NCBI GenBank assembly: GCA_043806635.1
Contig: JAZDGT010000015.1
Coordinates: forward strand, 964-64,963
DNA from: Methanobacteriota archaeon
GTDB taxonomy: Archaea > Thermoplasmatota > E2 > DHVEG-1
Direction of reading: 5' to 3'
DNA: 64,000 nucleotides
In this document: in pieces, positions 57,652-64,000 of the stretch
Numbering within the stretch: the first letter of the stretch is position 1
Layout: every line of letters begins with the position of its first letter
Position numbers and translations under genes: made by a program
The notes under the pieces: generated by a model
What the model saw: only the letters and a program-made list of their open reading frames with translations
What the model was told of the DNA's origin: nothing
Database searches by the model: none

Positions 57652-59244
57652 ATGCCCGATGCTGATAAACAAAAGAAAAAGGTTGACATCGAGAAACTCC
57701 GCATGATTTTAGATAACCCTCGTGGTACCCAACCGCTCGCACAAGATGACCCCTGTTTAGAGACATTACGGAGACGACTCGGTGGAGGTGTTTCCGAGGA
57801 ACATCTTGCCCGTATTTCTTCACAAATTCCCTCTTCTCACCCTGATTTTTTAAAACCTCGAGTCACGATCCATGGACCTGAAGAAAAAAAGCCTCCGCTA
57901 CCCAGAGAAGACATCCGAAAAGAACCGCCAATGCTTATTCAGAAACAAGTCAAACCACCCCTGCAGATTGATGCAAAAGATCTCTATGAAATCGAGAAAC
58001 CAGAACCAGAAAAAGCGCCGTTACCCGAATGGAAAATAGTAGAAGAACCAGAGGAAAAACCAGTCCGTGAATGGATCCCTGTCGCTAGCCCTCTCCCACC
58101 ACAAGAACCCATATTAGAAAAACCAAAAGAACCAGTGGAAAAACACGAAGAAACACCGGTTCCACGTATTGTTCGCGATGGGAAACTCGACGTATTCAAA
58201 GAAGTGACCTGTATTGACCCCCCAACGGCACAACTCCTCTATGAAAAAGGGTTTTCATCAGTGGAGAGCTTACGCGCATCATCACTTGAGAACCTCATCC
58301 GTAACGGTGTTGAGAAACGGGTTGCTTGCAGGATAAAAAAAGAGCTTATTCGTACCGACCGGAAAAAAGCGAAACAAACAAAGAAAGCAGTACGTAAGGT
58401 TACCGTATCCGTGGAAACTGTACCATTCACCCAGAAAAAACCTGGTCAAGACATACCTCTTGTGCCTCAGAAAACCGAATTAGCGATCCAGGAGAAGCCC
58501 GTGGAGAGTATCGTCGCTCCCCCTGAAGAAGAAAACGTACCCGTGTGGGAACCAGTTGAGATAAAAAAACCGGTTCCTCGCCCGATACGTGAAAAACCAA
58601 AACCGGTTAAAGAAAAGAAGAAACGATTCCTGCTCGGGAGAAAAAAACCAGATACTGTGACAGCAAAACCTATTCCTCAAAAGAAGAAAACCAAACAAAA
58701 ACCACCGAAACCTCGGAAAACCAAACCGGCCACCCCAGTGAAACCCGTTGAGATTATCATCACGCCACCTCCTAAAGAAAAAAAAGTAGCCCCTCCTAAG
58801 GTAGTACGGAAGAAACCTGAACTTGTTAAAGAACCAAAGAGTAGGTTCTGGCTGCGAAAGAAAAAAGAAGTAACCGTGAAGGAAACCGTTATCCGGGAAT
58901 CAGAGGAGTGGGTTCAGAGACCTGAGCGCAAACCAATAAAAACAATACCGTCACCAATACCAAAGAGTACGGAATGGGAGCTATCCTCTAAGGTCGAGGA
59001 GAAACCGTTACCGGTTGAGAAAAAACCTGTCCCCATGGTGATGGAACAAATCGCATATCAATTTGAGGACTATCGCCTATATAAGAAAGAAATCGCGACT
59101 CTTGATGGGAAACTCCGCACGATTCATTTCTTTAGCAAAACAACGCCTCATGATGGGACTCCTGCATCACTCCCAGAAGGGTTCGAGGTAGATGTGAATA
59201 AAAAAACCGGTCTTCCCTATCTCCGAAAGAAAGAACAACTATAA
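57652..59244 (+). CDS. Lys/Pro/Glu-rich low-complexity protein with one helix-hairpin-helix-like motif and a small conserved C-terminal domain
   Basis: 530 aa. The HhH-like segment is IDPPTAQLLYEKGFSSVESLRASSLENLIRNGVEKRVACRI. Two RF(L/W)L-RKK motifs are present. The C-terminus is YRLYKKEIATLDGKLRTIHFFSK...PEGFEVDVNKKTGLPYLRKK. Confidence 0.6.
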   Translation: MPDADKQKKKVDIEKLRMILDNPRGTQPLAQDDPCLETLRRRLGGGVSEEHLARISSQIPSSHPDFLKPRVTIHGPEEKKPPLPREDIRKEPPMLIQKQVKPPLQIDAKDLYEIEKPEPEKAPLPEWKIVEEPEEKPVREWIPVASPLPPQEPILEKPKEPVEKHEETPVPRIVRDGKLDVFKEVTCIDPPTAQLLYEKGFSSVESLRASSLENLIRNGVEKRVACRIKKELIRTDRKKAKQTKKAVRKVTVSVETVPFTQKKPGQDIPLVPQKTELAIQEKPVESIVAPPEEENVPVWEPVEIKKPVPRPIREKPKPVKEKKKRFLLGRKKPDTVTAKPIPQKKKTKQKPPKPRKTKPATPVKPVEIIITPPPKEKKVAPPKVVRKKPELVKEPKSRFWLRKKKEVTVKETVIRESEEWVQRPERKPIKTIPSPIPKSTEWELSSKVEEKPLPVEKKPVPMVMEQIAYQFEDYRLYKKEIATLDGKLRTIHFFSKTTPHDGTPASLPEGFEVDVNKKTGLPYLRKKEQL

Positions 59245-59319
59245 CCTCCCGTAAAATAATAGAGATATTACTGTTTTATATAGAATTGATTCATTTGGTA
59301 CTGTTAGAGTTCGAGACAT

Positions 59320-62289
59320 ATGCGCTGGAATGGACCTCTAAACAAAGTTGATGCGTTTCGCTATGAGATTCCTTCGAGTTATACTGGTGAACATCAAAAT
59401 CTGAAGATGAAGACGTCTGCAGTGATCTATACAAGTGAACAGATGCTCCCCAAACTCCGTGATGACAACGCTCCAGAGCAAGCAGCGAACGTAACGATGT
59501 TACCAGGTATCGTCGGGAAATCATTAGCGATGCCGGATATCCATTGGGGATATGGGTTCCCCATTGGTGGTGTCGCTGCGACTGATGCAGATGAAGGAGT
59601 TATTTCTCCCGGGGGAGTAGGTTTTGACATCAATTGTCTCTCTGGGGATGCCATGATTCTGCATGAACACGGGTATACAAAGAAAATTAAGGATTTTGAA
59701 CGTAATTGGAGGAGCGAACATATTCAATGTGCAAACTATGGGAAGAAAATTATCAATACACCAATCAATGCGTTTATGAGATTTCCCACAAAAAAAAGTA
59801 TCTGTGAGGTTTCAACAGAGAGTGGGAAACGCTTGGTGTCAACTGAGGATCATCCGTTTTATACACCTGCGGGTATGATTCCTCTGAAGGATCTCGCTGT
59901 AGGTGATCGAGTGGCAGTGAATCCTTTTGAGGGTGTGGAATTTTATGAGCCATCAGATACTTTGATTGTTACTGAAGAAGACATTTCTAGATGTCCGTTT
60001 AAAAAACAGATTACTCAGGTTATTGCTGAGTTGAAAAAACGAGGCCTTCTGCCATTACGTATGAATAACGAAAAACTCCCGTATTTACTGAAATTAATTG
60101 GGTATATCCTTGGGGACGGTACCATGTATTTTACCAAGGAGAAAGGAACGATATGGTTGTATGGAGAACCCAAAGATCTTGAAATGATACAAGCTGATAT
60201 TACAAAATTGGGTTTTACCGCGTCTAAAATATATAAACGGGAGCGTTCTCATAAAATTGAAACCACGTATGATACAGTACGTTTTCAGAGAACGGAATAT
60301 AGTGTGAAAACCACCGCATCGAGTCTTGCAGTGTTATTCTGGGCGATGGGTGTCCCAGTTGGGAATAAATGTGCTCAAGAGTATCTTCTTCCTCAGTGGG
60401 TTTTTGGTTTGGAGTTATGGCAGAAACGATTATTGTTAGCCTCGTTTTTCGGGGCAGAACTTTCTTCTCCGTCTACCGTGACACATCATGGGTATAATTT
60501 TTACTGTCCTATACTCTCTATGAATAAACACGAGAAGCTGGTTGGGAATGGACGACGGTTTCTTACACAAATTAGGGATCTTCTTGCTTGTTTTGATGTG
60601 AAAGCTTCTCTTATCCGTGAGAGAAAGGAATATGTGAACAAAGAGGGAAATGTTTCATTTCGATTGAGACTTGAGATTTCTGCTTCGCCAGGAAACCTTC
60701 TTTTTCTCTGGAGTCGTGTTGGATTTGTTTACAATAAAAAACGAAGCTGTCTCGCAAATCTAGCAGTCCATTATTTACATGTAAAACAGACTGTTTTAAG
60801 AGAACGACGGGAGGCTGAAATAACAGCGAAAAAATTAAAGAAAAAAGGTTTCACAAGGGTAGAAATCTACGAACGTCTTAAATCCTCCTATGTGAACTTT
60901 CGTTTTATAGAGCGTTCATTATATGAAGATCGAAAAACCTCTCCGAGGATAGCCTCCGGGTTTCCCCATTTTCATGCGTTTATCGATGCGTATACTCAAG
61001 GCTTAGGAGATTCGGGACTTGTTTGGGATACTCTCAAAGTAAAAACCACGGCTGGGTCGGAGCCGTTCGTTTATGATTTCACAGTTGCTGATTATCATCA
61101 TAACTTTATCGCTAGTCAGTTCGTTGTTTCTAACTGTGGCGTGAGGCTCGTGCGGACCAATCTTCATAGCAGCGATTTAAATATGAAAAAAATTCAGGAA
61201 CTGATTGATCAAATGTTTGTGAATGTTCCCGCTGGTTTGGGTTCTAAGGCGAAAGTTCGTCTCAGTAAAAAACAGCTCGACGATGTACTACTGCTGGGGG
61301 CGAAATGGGCAGTAGAGAACGGGTATGGTTGGGATAAGGATATCGAGTTTTTAGAGGAGAACGGATGCCTGCAAGGTGCCCAGGTGTTAAAAATTTCGGA
61401 GAAAGCGAAACAGCGGGGTGCTCCTCAGTTAGGCTCCTTGGGGGCAGGAAATCATTTCCTTGAGATTCAGAAGGTGGCTGAGATCTACGATCCTGTTGCT
61501 GCGAAAATCTATGGTGTTACTGGTATTGATCAAATTATGGTGATGATTCATACGGGTTCCCGCGGTTTTGGGCATCAAGTATGCACCGATCATTTACAGG
61601 TGTTAGAACAAGCGGTTCGTAAATATAACATCCAGCTTCCTGATCGGCAACTTGCCTGTGCCCCAGTAAAATCAAAAGAAGGTCAAGAGTATTTGAATGC
61701 GATGGCGTGCGCTGCGAATTTTGCTTGGTGTAACCGACAGATGATCGTCCATTGGGTGCGGGAATCCTTCGAGCATGTCCTCCAGCAAAAAGCAGAAGAC
61801 CTCAGGATGGAGATTATCTACGATGTCTGCCATAATATCGCGAAACTTGAGGAACATGAGGTGGACGGGAAAAAACAGAAAGTCTATGTTCATCGGAAAG
61901 GAGCGACTCGAGCGTTCGGCCCTGGGAAAACCGAGGTTCCATTGAAATACCGGGATGTTGGTCAACCCGTACTCATCCCTGGTGATATGGGGACGGAAAG
62001 CTATCTTCTGCGGGGGACGAAAGAGGCAGAGGAAACATTCGGGTCTACCTGTCATGGGGCTGGTCGTGTGATGTCTCGGCATCAAGCGGTTCAGAACTGG
62101 CGTGGGGAAGCGATCATGAAGATGCTAAAACAGAAGGGTATCTATGCGCATCCTGCGAGCTGGAAGGTGATGGCGGAGGAGGCCCCTGATGCGTATAAGG
62201 ATGTGAGTCAAGTTGTTGATGTGACGCATGGTGCTCGCTTATCATTGAAGGTTGCGAGACTTGTTCCTCTTGGAGTTGTGAAAGGATAA
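59320..62289 (+). CDS. rtcB: RNA-splicing ligase RtcB (489-aa extein) interrupted by a 500-aa intein
   Basis: N-extein is ...[17 protein letters not shown]...GGVGFDIN. C-extein is CGVRLVRTN...[10 protein letters not shown]...[10 protein letters not shown]...HRKGAT...HGAGR. Confidence 0.92.
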   Translation: MRWNGPLNKVDAFRYEIPSSYTGEHQNLKMKTSAVIYTSEQMLPKLRDDNAPEQAANVTMLPGIVGKSLAMPDIHWGYGFPIGGVAATDADEGVISPGGVGFDINCLSGDAMILHEHGYTKKIKDFERNWRSEHIQCANYGKKIINTPINAFMRFPTKKSICEVSTESGKRLVSTEDHPFYTPAGMIPLKDLAVGDRVAVNPFEGVEFYEPSDTLIVTEEDISRCPFKKQITQVIAELKKRGLLPLRMNNEKLPYLLKLIGYILGDGTMYFTKEKGTIWLYGEPKDLEMIQADITKLGFTASKIYKRERSHKIETTYDTVRFQRTEYSVKTTASSLAVLFWAMGVPVGNKCAQEYLLPQWVFGLELWQKRLLLASFFGAELSSPSTVTHHGYNFYCPILSMNKHEKLVGNGRRFLTQIRDLLACFDVKASLIRERKEYVNKEGNVSFRLRLEISASPGNLLFLWSRVGFVYNKKRSCLANLAVHYLHVKQTVLRERREAEITAKKLKKKGFTRVEIYERLKSSYVNFRFIERSLYEDRKTSPRIASGFPHFHAFIDAYTQGLGDSGLVWDTLKVKTTAGSEPFVYDFTVADYHHNFIASQFVVSNCGVRLVRTNLHSSDLNMKKIQELIDQMFVNVPAGLGSKAKVRLSKKQLDDVLLLGAKWAVENGYGWDKDIEFLEENGCLQGAQVLKISEKAKQRGAPQLGSLGAGNHFLEIQKVAEIYDPVAAKIYGVTGIDQIMVMIHTGSRGFGHQVCTDHLQVLEQAVRKYNIQLPDRQLACAPVKSKEGQEYLNAMACAANFAWCNRQMIVHWVRESFEHVLQQKAEDLRMEIIYDVCHNIAKLEEHEVDGKKQKVYVHRKGATRAFGPGKTEVPLKYRDVGQPVLIPGDMGTESYLLRGTKEAEETFGSTCHGAGRVMSRHQAVQNWRGEAIMKMLKQKGIYAHPASWKVMAEEAPDAYKDVSQVVDVTHGARLSLKVARLVPLGVVKG
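59635..61134 (+). mobile_element. Class 1 intein with LAGLIDADG homing-endonuclease domain, inserted before the conserved Cys of the RtcB DINCGVR motif
   Basis: Starts CLSGDAMIL (block A). Has STEDHPF (block B TxxH), LAGLIDADG motifs [12 protein letters not shown] and [11 protein letters not shown], and ends [22 protein letters not shown] followed by +1 Cys (61135). Confidence 0.88.
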
Positions 62290-62365
62290 CCATGTCTATT
62301 GTGTCGTTTCTGATATGGTTTCACCAATTAGTTTTAAATGCTAGAAGCACATGTAGGAACATTGG

Positions 62366-63145
62366 TTGGATGGTGATGCAAGAGTGAATGATGATGTTAC
62401 AGTGATTAGTTTTGAGGAGATTGATCTGAAGAATGCGACGGTGATCGCTGGTTTTCCCTCGATAGGGTTGGTGAGTACGATTGTCGCGAATTATTTGATT
62501 GATGCGTTAGGGTTGCGGCAGATTGGTGCATTGGATTCTCCGCAGTTTCCTACGCTTTCTGTGGTTCATACGGGTGAGCCGTTATCTCCGGTTCGGATTT
62601 ATGCGGGTATACTGGGGAATGGTCGGAAGATTGCGGTGTTTGTCTCTGAGTTTAAACCGAAGCCGAATTTGATTAGTTCGTTGTCGAATACGATCATGAA
62701 GTGGGTGAAGGAGAAAGGGTGTGATCTGTTGATTTCTCCGGAGGGTATGGTGGTGGAGGGGAAATCGACGGAGGAGGAGAACGTAGCTGAGGCGTATGCG
62801 ATTGGTTCGACGGAGAAAGCCCGTGTTATGTTGCGGGATAAGCATATCCCTGAGTTTAAGAACGGGATTATTGCTGGTGTTTCTGGGGTGTTGTTGAATC
62901 AGGGGAGACATGAGGGTTTTGATGTGATTGCGATTCTTGCTGAGGCGCATCCGAATTATCCTGATGCTAGGGCTGCGGCGTCCTCGTTGAATGTGATTGC
63001 GTCGTTGCTTGCGGTGGAGATTAATGTGATCCCGTTGTATGATGAGGCAGGTCGTATTGAGAAGCAGTTGCAGAAGTTCCATAAGCAGGCGAAACCGGTG
63101 GTGTCTGGGCAGGGGACTGCGTCTCAGCCGAACATGTACGGGTAA
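62366..63145 (+). CDS. PAC2-family (proteasome assembly chaperone-like, COG1938) protein
   Basis: Contains NATVIAGFPSIGLVSTIVANYLIDALGL...LSPVRIY. The start is TTG at 62366 or GTG at 62384. Confidence 0.6.
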   Translation: MDGDARVNDDVTVISFEEIDLKNATVIAGFPSIGLVSTIVANYLIDALGLRQIGALDSPQFPTLSVVHTGEPLSPVRIYAGILGNGRKIAVFVSEFKPKPNLISSLSNTIMKWVKEKGCDLLISPEGMVVEGKSTEEENVAEAYAIGSTEKARVMLRDKHIPEFKNGIIAGVSGVLLNQGRHEGFDVIAILAEAHPNYPDARAAASSLNVIASLLAVEINVIPLYDEAGRIEKQLQKFHKQAKPVVSGQGTASQPNMYG

Positions 63146-63228
63146 CCCCGTTGTTTTTTCCTTTTTTTCTTCTTTTTTTATTGGTTATGGTTAGGTTTAA
63201 AACTAGTGTTGTGTATGATGGATGTTGT

Positions 63229-63978
63229 ATGAAGGGTATTCCGAAGACTCATCCGCGGTATCTTTCTCTGGTGACTCGGGAGCGGATTGCTGAGGCGATG
63301 AAGGAAGGATTAGTTCATGAGACTGGTTTGATTGCGCATGGGCGTGGGGAAGCGTTTGATTATCTCCTTGGTGAGATGACGATTTCACCGGCGGATGCGG
63401 CGATGAAGGTGGCTGCTATGGTGTTGGTTCATGCGCGTAATCCTGTTATTTCTGTGAATGGGAATGTGGTTGCGCTTGCTGCTGAGGAGTGTGTAGCGCT
63501 TGCTGGGGCGGTTCCTGCGTTTCTTGAGGTGAATTTGTTTCATCGGTCGTCTGAGCGGGTTCAGAAGGTTGCTGACGAGCTTCGAAGGTATGGTGCTAAG
63601 GAGGTGCTTGGTGAATCGGCTGATGCGGTGATTCCTGGTCTTGCGCATGATCGCGCCCTGTGTACGAAAAAGGGGGTTTTTTCTGCGGATGTTGTCGTGG
63701 TGCCGTTGGAGGATGGGGATCGGTGTGAGGCGTTGCGTCGGATGGGGAAGACCGTGGTCGCTATTGATTTGAATCCGTTATCTCGGACGGCGAGAGCAGC
63801 GAGTGTCACCATCGTGGATAATGTGGTTCGTGCGTTACCGCGTCTTGTGTATTGGGTTGGTGTGATCCGCACGGGGAAGGCTGGTCATGTGGAGGAGCTG
63901 GTTGGTCGGTGGGATAACGAGGGGAACCTGTGTGAGGTGATGGGGTTTCTCTCCAAAAGACTTAATGCCTTGTTTTGA
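63229..63978 (+). CDS. 4-phosphopantoate--beta-alanine ligase (archaeal phosphopantothenate synthetase)
   Basis: Contains IPKTHPRYLSLVTRERIAEAMKEGLVHETGLIAHGRGEAFDYLLGE. The start is moved to the ATG at 63229. Confidence 0.75.
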   Translation: MKGIPKTHPRYLSLVTRERIAEAMKEGLVHETGLIAHGRGEAFDYLLGEMTISPADAAMKVAAMVLVHARNPVISVNGNVVALAAEECVALAGAVPAFLEVNLFHRSSERVQKVADELRRYGAKEVLGESADAVIPGLAHDRALCTKKGVFSADVVVVPLEDGDRCEALRRMGKTVVAIDLNPLSRTARAASVTIVDNVVRALPRLVYWVGVIRTGKAGHVEELVGRWDNEGNLCEVMGFLSKRLNALF

Positions 63979-64000
63979 GATACGGTGGATATGATGATAC

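Overview
This 64 kb window looks like a core-chromosome segment of a moderately AT-rich archaeon (by eye about 40-45% GC). All protein family calls come from reading the supplied translations and my own translation of unlisted regions against remembered motifs. No HMM or BLAST search was run. About 65 genes are densely packed, often with ATGA-type start/stop overlaps. Content by theme: (1) Translation and information processing: aEF-2 (partial), S7, S12, L12, L10, L1, S3Ae, S17e, L11, Spt5, SecE, FtsZ, ThrRS, TiaS, ArcTGT, an intein-containing RtcB, Mre11, a frameshifted Rad50, RPA, LonB, prefoldin beta and one tRNA-Gly(GCC). (2) Cofactor and nucleotide metabolism: ribB-ribL-ribC-ribH, nadC/nadX/nadM, larE-larB-larC plus nikR, purP, pyrBI, a class-II-like HMG-CoA reductase, uppS and phosphopantothenate synthetase. 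(3) Secreted proteins: a C25 gingipain-like peptidase, a C69-like Ntn hydrolase, a 900-aa beta-helix protein and an AttH/CrtC-like protein. I saw no rRNA, CRISPR array, transposase or integrase. The only mobile element is a 500-aa LAGLIDADG intein in rtcB. The best candidates for under-described biology are: (a) an mtrA-like/mtrH-like/core-MetE/DUF4346 operon, possibly a corrinoid-relay methionine synthase; (b) a small-GTPase/DUF2073-like/Zn-ribbon triad transcribed divergently from two coiled-coil genes; (c) two neighbouring conserved genes (rps17e, ribB) whose conserved N-termini have no in-frame ATG/GTG/TTG start; (d) a Ni-pincer cofactor (lar) cluster with a C-terminally truncated LarC, nikR and a perfect dyad operator candidate. 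A lineage guess (a Thermoplasmata-like, protein-degrading sediment archaeon) is weak inference only.
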